From: Nanobdellati archaeon | GTDB lineage: Archaea > B1Sed10-29 > JAGVWA01 | Assembly (NCBI GenBank): GCA_018304505.1 | Contig: JAGVWA010000010.1 | Span: 1 to 29,984 of the forward strand | Length of the DNA stretch: 29,984 nt | Direction: 5' to 3' | Program-made: the position numbers and the translations under genes | The notes under the pieces: generated by a model | What the model was told of the DNA's origin: nothing | Databases searched by the model: none | What the model saw: the letters and a program-made list of their open reading frames with translations, nothing else | Part shown: positions 7,233-16,626 of the stretch, one piece after another | How positions within the stretch are numbered: position 1 is the first letter of the stretch | Layout of the letters: each line of letters starts with the position of its first letter

Positions 7233-7330
7233 CACCAGCGCCAGCAACCAAACGCACGATGATGCACATGATAGTGCACACAACAGCATGCAGTGACACA
7301 GAGTTAACCGACACTGGTTTAAACCAGTTG
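7232..7330 (+). repeat. 99-bp direct repeat, copy 2
   Basis: Identical to 6060-6158. Confidence 0.95.
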
Positions 7331-7355
7331 CCCAACCATAAACATTGTGAGGGAT

Positions 7356-7574
7356 ATGAAAACGCAACCGGGGGAAATATTCATAAGCGTTGGCTTTAAA
7401 CTAAAGGTCGAGCCTGAAATCACAAAGGAAGATGACTGGTACATCATCGCGGACAAAATAACAAACGTGGCTACGCAAGCGAAAAACAAAAAACAGCTGA
7501 TGGAACGCTTCCTCGAAGCACTAACACTCTACTACGAAGAGTTCATACCCGAGATTTCTATAGCCCGCGCGTGA
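7356..7574 (+). CDS. hicB: HicB-like antitoxin
   Basis: KEDDWYII...NVATQAKNKKQLMERFLEALTLYYEE. ATG 7356 follows GAGG; the alternative start is GTG 7347. Confidence 0.7.
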   Translation: MKTQPGEIFISVGFKLKVEPEITKEDDWYIIADKITNVATQAKNKKQLMERFLEALTLYYEEFIPEISIARA

Positions 7575-7782
7575 TGTAGTAAAGGCCTTACATAAAATAG
7601 GCTTTGAATTCAGGACACAGCGAGGAAGCCACATAAAACTCATAAAGGACTCGGAAAGAAAGCTAGTTGTTACAGTTGTGAATGAGAAAGAGATCAAGAA
7701 AAAGACCCTGATATCGATTTGTAAACAAGCAAGAATTTCTAGAGCACGACTCTATGAACTAATCAAGAAAAGCGAACAATAA
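7534..7782 (+). pseudogene. hicA: HicA toxin pseudogene (no start codon, in-frame TAG at 7561)
   Basis: The frame reads TKSSYPRFL*PARDVVKALHKIGFEFRTQRGSHIKL...KKTLISICKQARIS... The GSH motif is intact, but there is no ATG/GTG/TTG before it. Confidence 0.8.
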
Positions 7783-7947
7783 ACCCCCTAACAGCATGCT
7801 CAGACACTGAGTTCCCGCCGTTGCGCTCATCATATATAAAGCTTTGCCTCAAAATGGCCAGGGCACAGAAACGCTTATATATGTGAAAACTGACAAAACA
7901 CAGAGCTGTTTCTGGCTATTTTTTACCAGATCGGGGGAAGAGGCCTT

Positions 7948-8178
7948 TTGACAAAAAACGTTCTAGAACACGAGCTCGTTCCAAAGCACGAAATACTCAC
8001 TAAAACTGACGCAAAAAAGCTGCTTGAGAGCCTCGGCTCTACGCTTGAGCAACTGCCAGGGATAACCGAAAATGACCCCACAGTTAAAGGGCTCAATGCA
8101 AAACCAGGCGACGTGCTAAAGATAACCAGAAAAAGCCCAACAGCTGGCACGGCCATCTACTACAGGGCAGTAGCATGA
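7948..8178 (+). CDS. rpoH: RNA polymerase subunit H (Rpo5)
   Basis: HELVPKHEIL, QLPGI...DP, GDVLKITRKSPTAG...YYR. TTG start. Confidence 0.97.
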   Translation: MTKNVLEHELVPKHEILTKTDAKKLLESLGSTLEQLPGITENDPTVKGLNAKPGDVLKITRKSPTAGTAIYYRAVA

Positions 8179-8198
8179 ACACCTTCTGAGGTAATTCA

Positions 8199-9677
8199 AT
8201 GTATCATTGGGAAGTCGTAGAGTCACTATTCGAGGAATACCCTCTAGTCAAGCAGCACATTGATTCTTACAACGAATTCATTGACAGGAAAGTAGACCAG
8301 ATACTGCAAGAGGAAAACGAGGTCACGACAACCAAAAATGAAGGCACAAAAATCAAGTTCCACGCCATCCGGATCGAGAAGCCGACAATAACAGAGGCCG
8401 ACGGCTCCAAGAGACTAATTTACCCAATGGAAGCCCGGATGAGAAAATCAACATACGCCGCATCACTATTTCTGGACATGAGCCTCCTAGATGACGGAAA
8501 GGAAATCGACCGTGATGAGGTATACGTCGGCGAGCTGCCAGTGATGGTACGATCCAAGCTTTGCAACCTGAACGGCATGGCAAAGGAAGCCCTTGTAAAG
8601 GTTGATGAAGACCAATACGAGCAAGGCGGCTACTTCATTGTTTCAGGCAATGAAAAGGTCCTGGTTTCCCAGGAAGAGCTGGCTCCGAACAGGGTCATGA
8701 TCAACAAGGAAACAAAGACAGGCAAGATAACCACGACCGCCAAAATCACTAGCAGCAAAGGCCGCTTTAGGGGCAAGATCGCGCTTGAGAGAACCCCTGA
8801 AGGCTTAATGTACCTGCAATTCCCGGGGACTCCAAAGAACCTGAACATGCTCGTGGTCCTCAGGGCCCTTGGAATCGGGACGCAGAAGGAAGTGCTCGAA
8901 GCATTTTCAGACAAAACCGACACAGTCAATGACATTTTACTAAACCTTGAGGCAGTGCCTCTGAAGAATTCAAAGGAAGCAATTGATTACCTTGGAAAAC
9001 GCATTGCTGCAGGCCAATTAGAAGAGTACAGGCTCAGCAGGGCGCAACAGGCAATCGACAACTACCTGTTTCCACACATTGGCACCTCACCAGAAGACAG
9101 ACTCAGCAAGGCGTACTACCTAGCAAGCGTTGCAGAACGCGTAATGGATGTCTCCCATGGCTTAAGGGAAGAGGACGACAAGGACCACTACATGAACAAG
9201 CGCATCAAGATCTCTGGCGCACTAATGGAAGACCTCTTCAGGTACGCCTTGCAGAGCTTCACCAAGGACCTGGGATACCAAATGGACCGGGCCTTTAGCC
9301 GTGGCCGCAAGTTGCAAATCCGCACCCTGGTAAGACCCGACGCCCTAAGCGACCGACTTGGTTTTGCTATGCGTACAGGAAACTGGATCCAAAAACAAGG
9401 CGTTGCACAACTCCTTGACAGGCTGACTTACATGTCCACTGTATCACATTTGCGCCGCGTCAATTCGCCGCTGTCAAAATCACAGCACCACTTCGACGCC
9501 CGTGAATTACACCCAACACATTTTGGAAAAATCTGCCCGAACGAAACGCCTGAAGGCTCGCCTGTAGGGCTGGTTAAAAACATAGCCATAGGCTGCTTCA
9601 TATCAACAAAAAACCATGCGGGCATAGAAAACCAGCTCTCTGACCTGGGCCTCGAAGTCATAAAAAAAGGCAAGTGA
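8199..9677 (+). CDS. rpoB2: RNA polymerase subunit B'' (Rpo2N)
   Basis: QHIDSYNEF, GGYFIVSGNEK, DKDHYMNKR, SHLRR and CPNETPEG. Confidence 0.98.
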   Translation: MYHWEVVESLFEEYPLVKQHIDSYNEFIDRKVDQILQEENEVTTTKNEGTKIKFHAIRIEKPTITEADGSKRLIYPMEARMRKSTYAASLFLDMSLLDDGKEIDRDEVYVGELPVMVRSKLCNLNGMAKEALVKVDEDQYEQGGYFIVSGNEKVLVSQEELAPNRVMINKETKTGKITTTAKITSSKGRFRGKIALERTPEGLMYLQFPGTPKNLNMLVVLRALGIGTQKEVLEAFSDKTDTVNDILLNLEAVPLKNSKEAIDYLGKRIAAGQLEEYRLSRAQQAIDNYLFPHIGTSPEDRLSKAYYLASVAERVMDVSHGLREEDDKDHYMNKRIKISGALMEDLFRYALQSFTKDLGYQMDRAFSRGRKLQIRTLVRPDALSDRLGFAMRTGNWIQKQGVAQLLDRLTYMSTVSHLRRVNSPLSKSQHHFDARELHPTHFGKICPNETPEGSPVGLVKNIAIGCFISTKNHAGIENQLSDLGLEVIKKGK

Positions 9678-9684
9678 TGAAAAC

Positions 9685-11499
9685 ATGAAAAAAACCGCAG
9701 TTTATCTCAACGGCTCATTGATCGGATTCCACGAAAACGGAAACGACTTTGTACAAAGCGTAAAAAACAAAAGACGCAAAGGCGACCTACCCTTCGAGGT
9801 AAGCATTACCAACTACAAGGAAGCCAATGAAGTTCACTTAAACGCCGATGAGGGCAGGGCAATGAGACCCCTCATTGTAGTGGAAAACGGCAAGCCAAAG
9901 CTCACTAGCGACCACAAGAAGATGCTCAAATCAAAGAAGCTAAGGTTCTCAGATCTCCTCAAATCAGGCGTCATTGAGTTCATGGACGCAGAAGAGGAAG
10001 AAAACGCATACATCGCTGTCAATGAAAAGGAATTAACCCAAGAACACACGCACCTCGAAATACACCCCTCGCTAATGCTCGGCGTGTGCAGCGCGCTTGC
10101 CCCGTTCCCTGAACACAATTCATCTCCCAGGGTAACAATGACAACGGCTATGATCAAGCAGTCCCTCGGTTTTTACGCGTCAAATTTCAAGCTAAGGACA
10201 GACAAAAACAGCCACATACTATATTATCCACAAATCCCAATAGCCCAGACAAAATACACTGACGTAATAGGCATTGACAAAAAAGCAGCTGGCCAGAACT
10301 TTGTCATAGCCGTAATGCCATTCAGAGGATACAACATCAATGACGCCATCATCATGAACAGGGGAAGCATCGAAAGGGGGCTTGGCAGAAGCATTTACTA
10401 CAACCTGTACGAAAGCGAAGAACGCAAATACCCTGGCGGGCAAAAAGACAAATTCGAAACACCAAAAGCAGAAACCCCCGGGTACAGGGGAGACGAGTCA
10501 TACAAATACCTTGACGAGGAAGGCATTGTGGAACCCAACTTCACGATTGCGTCAGGGGACGTGCTGATAGGCAAGACCTCGCCGCCAAGGTTCCTCGAAG
10601 AAGTCGGGGAGTTCGGAATGATAGCCGAAAAGCGCCGTGAAAACAGCGAAGCTGTAAAACCAGGCGAAGACGGCATTGTTGATACTGTACTGCTCACTGA
10701 AGGCCAGGGCGGAAACAGGCTTACTAGGGTAAAGACACGCAAGATCATGAGCCCGGAAATCGGCGACAAGTTCGCAGCAAGGCACGGGCAAAAGGGAGTC
10801 ATCGGCCTTACTGTAGACCCTTGCGACATGCCGTTCTCTGAATCGGGCATCATCCCGGATCTGTGCATCAACCCACACGCAATACCCGGAAGAATGACTG
10901 CGGCCTATTTGCTGGAAACAATAGCATCAAAGGTCGGGGCCCTGCGGGGCGGGAACGTTGACGCGACACCATTCGACGGTGAGACACAGGGAGACATGGA
11001 ATCAGCACTGAAAAAATTCGGCTTCTCGGAAACCGGCACTGAAGAGCTATACGACGGGGTGAGTGGAGAAAAAATACAAGCGCGCATATTCACAGGCGTC
11101 GTCTATTACCAGAAGCTGCACCACATGGTTTCAAAGAAAATACACGCCCGCGCACGTGGTCCTGTACAAATCCTGACAAGGCAGCCAACAGAGGGCAGGG
11201 CCAGGGAAGGTGGCCTAAGGTTCGGGGAAATGGAACGTGACGTACTAATCGGCCACGGCACCACGATGCTGCTCATGGACCGGCTCCTAGAACAGTCAGA
11301 CAAGGTCACTGAATTGATTTGCAGCAAGTGCGGAACCATAGCAGTCAATGATCAAATCAGGAGAAAGCAGTACTGCCCATTATGCTCTTCAGACTCTGAC
11401 ATACAGGAAATCGAGGTAAGCTACGCCTTCAAGCTGATGCTCAACGAGCTGATAGCCACGTGCATATTCCCTCAGTTAAAACTCGGAGACAAGGTATGA
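9685..11499 (+). CDS. rpoB1: RNA polymerase subunit B' (Rpo2C)
   Basis: GDKFAARHGQKG, YQKLHHMV, GGLRFGEMERD and a C-terminal Zn ribbon. Confidence 0.98.
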   Translation: MKKTAVYLNGSLIGFHENGNDFVQSVKNKRRKGDLPFEVSITNYKEANEVHLNADEGRAMRPLIVVENGKPKLTSDHKKMLKSKKLRFSDLLKSGVIEFMDAEEEENAYIAVNEKELTQEHTHLEIHPSLMLGVCSALAPFPEHNSSPRVTMTTAMIKQSLGFYASNFKLRTDKNSHILYYPQIPIAQTKYTDVIGIDKKAAGQNFVIAVMPFRGYNINDAIIMNRGSIERGLGRSIYYNLYESEERKYPGGQKDKFETPKAETPGYRGDESYKYLDEEGIVEPNFTIASGDVLIGKTSPPRFLEEVGEFGMIAEKRRENSEAVKPGEDGIVDTVLLTEGQGGNRLTRVKTRKIMSPEIGDKFAARHGQKGVIGLTVDPCDMPFSESGIIPDLCINPHAIPGRMTAAYLLETIASKVGALRGGNVDATPFDGETQGDMESALKKFGFSETGTEELYDGVSGEKIQARIFTGVVYYQKLHHMVSKKIHARARGPVQILTRQPTEGRAREGGLRFGEMERDVLIGHGTTMLLMDRLLEQSDKVTELICSKCGTIAVNDQIRRKQYCPLCSSDSDIQEIEVSYAFKLMLNELIATCIFPQLKLGDKV

Positions 11500-14153
11500 T
11501 AACGAAAAAAATCGACTCAGTAAACTTCAGGTTCACAAGCCCAGAGGTCATTAGAAGCTTCAGCACAATAAAAGTCGTAACCCCTGATACGTACAGCGAA
11601 GACGGCTTTCCGCTAGAAGGAGGCCTCATGGACCTTCGTCTGGGCGTAATAGATCCTGGTCTGCACTGCAAGACCTGCGGCGCCCGCATGACCGTGTGCC
11701 CTGGCCATTTCGGCCACATCGAACTAATAAGGCCCGTAATTCACATCGGCTACGTAAAACACATCCTGATCCTGCTAAAGGCGACCTGCAAGGAATGCGG
11801 AAAAATCCTGCTGACACCAGAGGAAATCGAGGAATACAAGCAGCTGCTGCTGAAGGAAGAAACAACAGAAGCTGCAGAAGAAATGACACTGCAGAACATC
11901 AAGGAAAAATCCAAGAAAGTAACCAAGTGCCCGCACTGCAAGGCAAAACAGGACGACATAAAACTCGACAAGCCGACCAACTTCTGGGCTAACGAATCGC
12001 AAAGGTTGCTGCCAAGCCAGATCAGGGAACGCCTTGAAAGGATACCCGACGACGAGGTAAGGCTACTTGGGATAAACCCTGAAGCCGCAAGGCCGGAATG
12101 GACCATCCTCACCGCACTGCCCGTGCCTCCGGTTACAACGCGCCCAAGCCTGACGCTGGAAACAGGAGAACGCAGCGAAGACGACCTGACACACAAACTG
12201 GTGGACATTATCAGAATCAACCAACGCCTAAGCGACAACATCAGCGCAGGAGCTCCTCAATTAATTATCGAAGACCTCTGGGACTTACTCCAATATCACG
12301 TAACAACATACTTCTACAACGAACAATCCGGAATCCCGCCGGCAAGGCACAGAACTGGCAGGGCCCTAAAAACGCTATTCCAAAGGCTACAAGGAAAAGA
12401 AGGGCGCTTTAGGCACAACCTCTCAGGCAAGCGTGTAAACTTCTCCGCGCGTACCGTTATCTCGCCAGATCCCGAGTTAAGCGCAGGCGAAGTCGGCGTA
12501 CCACAAGAGATTGCCGAGATACTGACCGTACCTGAACACGTAACAGAACACAACATCAAGGACCTAAAGAAACTAATCAAAAACACCCAGTACCCAACAG
12601 TGAACTACATCATACGCCCAGACATGCGAAAAAAGAAAATAACCGAACTCAACCGTGACGAAGTGATTGAAGAACTCACGACAGGATACGTGGTCGAAAG
12701 GCAACTCATCGACGGTGACGTTGTAGTGTTTAATCGACAGCCTTCATTGCACAAGCACTCAATGATGACGCACCTCGTAAAAGTACTGCCTGGAAAGACC
12801 TTCAGGATTAATGACGCCGCCGCGACGCCATACAACGCAGACTACGATGGCGACGAAATGAACATGCATGTTCCACAGTCAGAGGAAGCAAAAACCGAAG
12901 CAAAGGAGCTCATGTCAGTAAAGAAGCAGATCCTCTCAGTGCGCCACAATCAGCCGCTCGTCGTGGGTCAACACGACCACGTGTCTGGCGCATACCTTTT
13001 AACAAAAGAGGGACAAGAATTCACAAAAGAACAGACTGCCAGGCTGCTCAGCAGCATCGGCATAAAATCAGCACTAGGCAAGCCGAAGTACACTGGCAAG
13101 GAAATCTTTTCAATGATCATACCAAACAACATGAATCTCGAGTACTTCAGCAAAAAGCTGGCCGCTGGCCTGAGTCCAGAAGAGGCGAAGAAACAAAAGC
13201 ACGACTCGTACATCGTAATCAGGAACGGCAAGATCATTAGTGGCGCAATGGACTCAAACAGTGTTGCTGGGTCGCTACTCAAGGCGGTGTATAAGCAAAA
13301 CGGGCCAGAACAAGCAATGCTATACATAGACCGAGCAACAAAACTCACGCTGGAATCGATAATGATAACCGGCTTAACCTCGAGCCTGGAGTTCTACAAG
13401 ATACCCGAAAAAACACAAAAAGAGATCAACAAGGTCGTGAAAGACGCAGAAAAACAGGTAGATGAACTCATAAAGACATACACGGCAGGCAAGTTAGAGA
13501 GAAGCCCAGGCAAGACAGAAAAGGAAACCCTCGAGGACACCATCATGTCTGTTCTCAATGAGGCATGGAAGGACTCTGAAAGGCGCTTAGAAGAAGTTCT
13601 CCCCGAAGACAACCACGCACTCATCATGGCCCGCTGCGGCTCAAGGGGCAACCTGACGAACGTAAACCAAATGGCCTCAGTCATTGGACAGCAGGCAGTG
13701 CGCGGAAAAAGGCTGCTCCGGGGATACAAAAGCAAGTCCTTACCTCATTTCAAGGAAAACGACATAAGCGCAATATCACGTGGATTTATTGAAAGCAACT
13801 TCGTAAAAGGCATGGCCCCTTTAGAGTACTACTTCGCATCAATGGGGGGCCGAGACGCGCTGATGGACAAGGGCATCCAGACCGGGGTTTCAGGATACTT
13901 ACAGAGGAGGCTCATCAATGCACTCCTAGACATTGTCGTAACGTCCGATGGAAGCGTGCGCGACTCAGCAGGAAACGTAATACAATTCGCATACGGCGAA
14001 GACGGCACATCCCCTGAAAAGGGAGAAGGCGACAACGCCATCGACTTAAGCAATTACGTCAGGGGGACAACGGTCTTTGAACGAGAGGAATACCGCGAAG
14101 ACCGCGACCTCGCAGTAGACATAGAAATCGAAACCGAGGGCTTCGAAGAGTAA
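11496..14153 (+). CDS. rpoA1: RNA polymerase subunit A' (Rpo1N)
   Basis: CPGHFGHIEL, GKEGRFR, NRQPSLH, catalytic NADYDGD and SGYLQRRL. ATG 11496 overlaps the rpoB' stop (ATGA). Confidence 0.98.
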   Translation: MITKKIDSVNFRFTSPEVIRSFSTIKVVTPDTYSEDGFPLEGGLMDLRLGVIDPGLHCKTCGARMTVCPGHFGHIELIRPVIHIGYVKHILILLKATCKECGKILLTPEEIEEYKQLLLKEETTEAAEEMTLQNIKEKSKKVTKCPHCKAKQDDIKLDKPTNFWANESQRLLPSQIRERLERIPDDEVRLLGINPEAARPEWTILTALPVPPVTTRPSLTLETGERSEDDLTHKLVDIIRINQRLSDNISAGAPQLIIEDLWDLLQYHVTTYFYNEQSGIPPARHRTGRALKTLFQRLQGKEGRFRHNLSGKRVNFSARTVISPDPELSAGEVGVPQEIAEILTVPEHVTEHNIKDLKKLIKNTQYPTVNYIIRPDMRKKKITELNRDEVIEELTTGYVVERQLIDGDVVVFNRQPSLHKHSMMTHLVKVLPGKTFRINDAAATPYNADYDGDEMNMHVPQSEEAKTEAKELMSVKKQILSVRHNQPLVVGQHDHVSGAYLLTKEGQEFTKEQTARLLSSIGIKSALGKPKYTGKEIFSMIIPNNMNLEYFSKKLAAGLSPEEAKKQKHDSYIVIRNGKIISGAMDSNSVAGSLLKAVYKQNGPEQAMLYIDRATKLTLESIMITGLTSSLEFYKIPEKTQKEINKVVKDAEKQVDELIKTYTAGKLERSPGKTEKETLEDTIMSVLNEAWKDSERRLEEVLPEDNHALIMARCGSRGNLTNVNQMASVIGQQAVRGKRLLRGYKSKSLPHFKENDISAISRGFIESNFVKGMAPLEYYFASMGGRDALMDKGIQTGVSGYLQRRLINALLDIVVTSDGSVRDSAGNVIQFAYGEDGTSPEKGEGDNAIDLSNYVRGTTVFEREEYREDRDLAVDIEIETEGFEE

Positions 14154-14167
14154 CGGGTGATCAACAC

Positions 14168-15286
14168 ATGGCAGACATATTTGAAAAATATCAAGAAACG
14201 CTTCCTGAAAAAATACTCACTGAAATAAAGGGCGCAACAAAAAGCTTAAAAACAGAGTCCATCAAAAAGATATTAGAACAAGTTCACCAGGACTACGAAA
14301 AAGCAAAAGTAGAAATCGGCGACACCGTCGGAATTGCAGCTGCTCATTCTATGGGAGAGCCCGGAACGCAGATGTCAATGAGGACATTCCACTACGCAGG
14401 TATCGCAGAGCTGTCGTTATCAACCGGCCTGCCACGCATCATAGAGCTTGTCGACGTCAGAAAAACGCCAGAGACACCGGCAATGTGGATCTACACAGAA
14501 TTCCCTAAAGACAAGCAAAAAACCATTGAGCTGGCCGCAAAACTAGAGGAAGTCACGGCAGAGCAAATAGCTGACATCGTCGAAGATTTCGCAAACAAGA
14601 AAATAGAAATAATAATTCACGAAGACAAAATCAAGGGCATCACAACAATCGAAGACACCCTAAAGGCAATCGAAAAATCAATACGCAAAAAGGCAAACAA
14701 GATAGAAGCCAACATGGCTATCTTCGAGCCCAAGACCGTATCGCTGCGGGCCCTGAGGAAATACACAAACAAGATCAAGGAAACCAAGATATACGGCATA
14801 CCCGGAATAAAGAAAGCCGCTGTTGTCGAAAAGAACAATGAATACGTGATACAAACCGAAGGAACAAACCTCAAGCCGGTGCTCGAATTCCAGGGTGTTG
14901 ACCACAAGAGGACAATATCAAACAACCCGAAGGAAGTCGAGGAAGTACTCGGCATAGAAGCAGCACGCAGCGTCCTGCTAAACGAGCTGAAGATGGTACT
15001 TGACACCCAAAACTTCAAGGTAAACATCCGGCACCTGATGCTGCTCGCCGACCTAATGACGCAGGATGGAACAATAAAAGCCATCGGCCGAACAGGAATC
15101 TCAGGTGAAAAGGAATCAGTGTTCGCAAGAGCGGCGTTCGAAGAAACAAGGAACCACATACTGAATGCGGCCATCAAGGGCACAAAGGACAAGTTGCAAG
15201 GCGTGACGGAAAACATCATAGTCGGACAACCAATTCCAGTAGGAACCGGAACAGTAAAGTTAAAAATGACACACAACAAGAAGTAG
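14168..15286 (+). CDS. rpoA2: RNA polymerase subunit A'' (Rpo1C)
   Basis: GEPGTQM..RTFHYAG trigger loop, GLPRIIE, ARAAFEE and GVTENIIVGQ. Confidence 0.98.
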   Translation: MADIFEKYQETLPEKILTEIKGATKSLKTESIKKILEQVHQDYEKAKVEIGDTVGIAAAHSMGEPGTQMSMRTFHYAGIAELSLSTGLPRIIELVDVRKTPETPAMWIYTEFPKDKQKTIELAAKLEEVTAEQIADIVEDFANKKIEIIIHEDKIKGITTIEDTLKAIEKSIRKKANKIEANMAIFEPKTVSLRALRKYTNKIKETKIYGIPGIKKAAVVEKNNEYVIQTEGTNLKPVLEFQGVDHKRTISNNPKEVEEVLGIEAARSVLLNELKMVLDTQNFKVNIRHLMLLADLMTQDGTIKAIGRTGISGEKESVFARAAFEETRNHILNAAIKGTKDKLQGVTENIIVGQPIPVGTGTVKLKMTHNKK

Positions 15287-15318
15287 GCGAGCAGAAATCG
15301 GAAAGTAAGTGAACAGAA

Positions 15319-15633
15319 ATGGCGAAACAGCAAATAGAACTTAACCAATCACTAAAACGAATTCAAGAAACAGGCAAAATCGAGCTAGGTTTCAACAGCG
15401 CCAGGAATAACCTGCTGTCTGGAAAGGCAAAACTCGTAATCATTACCCAAAACACGCCACGCGAAATCAGCACGGACTTACGCCATTACGCCCAGCTGGC
15501 AGAGACCCCCATGCTCGAATTCCCGGGCACCGCCATGGAACTCGGGGAACTACTGGGAAGGCCATTCCTCGTTGGATCAATGACGGTCCTCAATCCAGGC
15601 ACGGTCAACATAAAACAATTAACAAAAGCGTGA
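15319..15633 (+). CDS. rpl30e: 50S ribosomal protein L30e
   Basis: TGKIELG, AKLVII and ELGELLGRPF, in the canonical position. Confidence 0.95.
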   Translation: MAKQQIELNQSLKRIQETGKIELGFNSARNNLLSGKAKLVIITQNTPREISTDLRHYAQLAETPMLEFPGTAMELGELLGRPFLVGSMTVLNPGTVNIKQLTKA

Positions 15634-15639
15634 GACAAC

Positions 15640-16047
15640 TTGATCAAACTTACCGTCACAGAACTCCAATACATCTCACTGCTTGAAAACCAAACCCGGG
15701 TTACAGTCAAGGACTGCATCATAACCCCGGAGAGCATCACGTTCATCGTAAAGGAAGGCCAAATCGGCCTCGCCGTCGGCAAGAAAGGCGAAATCATCAA
15801 CAGGATCAAAAAGAAAATCAACAAGGAAATCAACATCTACGAACACTCCCCGGACTTGGAGAAATTCGTGAGGAACCTGCTGTTTCCAGTCGAAGTCGAC
15901 AAAATCGAAATCGAAGGGAAAACAATCAAAGTGTACCCCGAAAAGTCACAACGCAAACGGGCAATCGGAAAACAAGGATCAAAAGTCCGCAAGGTAAAAG
16001 ACCTCGTGGAGCGCCACTTCGGCGAACACGAAATCAAAATCATGTAA
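15640..16047 (+). CDS. nusA: Archaeal NusA (two KH domains)
   Basis: AVGKKG and AIGKQG KH loops, located between L30e and S12. TTG start. Confidence 0.95.
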   Translation: MIKLTVTELQYISLLENQTRVTVKDCIITPESITFIVKEGQIGLAVGKKGEIINRIKKKINKEINIYEHSPDLEKFVRNLLFPVEVDKIEIEGKTIKVYPEKSQRKRAIGKQGSKVRKVKDLVERHFGEHEIKIM

Positions 16048-16108
16048 AATCAAAATCATGCAACATTAAAATCAGGTAACGATAAAGATAAGAGAAAAGT
16101 GATACGCA

Positions 16109-16537
16109 ATGCCAGGAGAATTTGCAGCAAGAAAACTGACGAAGGACCGACAGCACTTCCGCTGGCACAGTCCAAAATACGTCAACTTCATGCGAAAAAG
16201 AATAGGAAGGGCGCCGGACCCCCTGAGGGGCTCACCGCAAGCCAGGGGCATCGTCACTGAAAAAGTAGGCAGGGAGCAAAAACAGCCAAGCTCTGGTATT
16301 ATCAAGTGCGTCCGCGTTCAGTTAGTGAAAAACGGGATCCCTGTAACTGCTTTCCTGCCTGGCGATGGAGCAGTCAAGTTTGTAGATGAACACGACGAGG
16401 TCCACATTGAAGGCCTTGGAGGCAGCAAGGGAGGCCCAATCGGAAGCATGTGGGGCGTTTCATACAAGGTTACAAAAGTTAATGGAATCTCGCTAGACCA
16501 ACTAAGGCGAGGCAAGAAAGAAAAGCCAAAACGATGA
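16109..16537 (+). CDS. rps12: 30S ribosomal protein S12 (uS12)
   Basis: [15 protein letters not shown] and AFLPGDGA...DEHDEV. Confidence 0.97.
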   Translation: MPGEFAARKLTKDRQHFRWHSPKYVNFMRKRIGRAPDPLRGSPQARGIVTEKVGREQKQPSSGIIKCVRVQLVKNGIPVTAFLPGDGAVKFVDEHDEVHIEGLGGSKGGPIGSMWGVSYKVTKVNGISLDQLRRGKKEKPKR

Positions 16538-16580
16538 TCCTAATCAAAATAATAATCAATAAAAAAATCAATAAAAAATC

Positions 16581-16626
16581 AGAATAACAAAAAAGTGAAG
16601 CATAGAATAACAAAAACGTGAAGCAT
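16581..16626 (+). repeat. 2 x 23-nt tandem duplication ending at the rps7 start
   Basis: AGAATAACAAAAAAGTGAAGCAT / AGAATAACAAAAACGTGAAGCAT (one mismatch). Confidence 0.85.

Noticed and set aside
4248-7563. Stop-codon reassignment as the explanation for the in-frame TAA and TAG in the two HicA genes
   Set aside because: TAA and TAG terminate core genes at the expected positions (EF-1A TAA, EF-2 TAG), and the long genes have no internal stops.
7800-7833. Minus-strand ATGATGA ... CTGA resembling a second C/D sRNA
   Set aside because: Only 23 nt separate the boxes, there is no credible D'/C' pair or terminal stem, and the C box abuts a TATA-like TATATAAA.
11460-11495. N-terminal extension of RpoA' in the ORF track
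   Set aside because: It overlaps the rpoB' coding end. The ATGA-coupled start at 11496 fits the family.
14617-15348. Long antisense ORFs (243 aa here; also 27897..28616, 23347..23991, 20288..20839, 66..458 and others)
   Set aside because: They are shadows of well-supported + strand genes, with Ser/Phe/Leu-rich translations caused by the A-rich sense strand.
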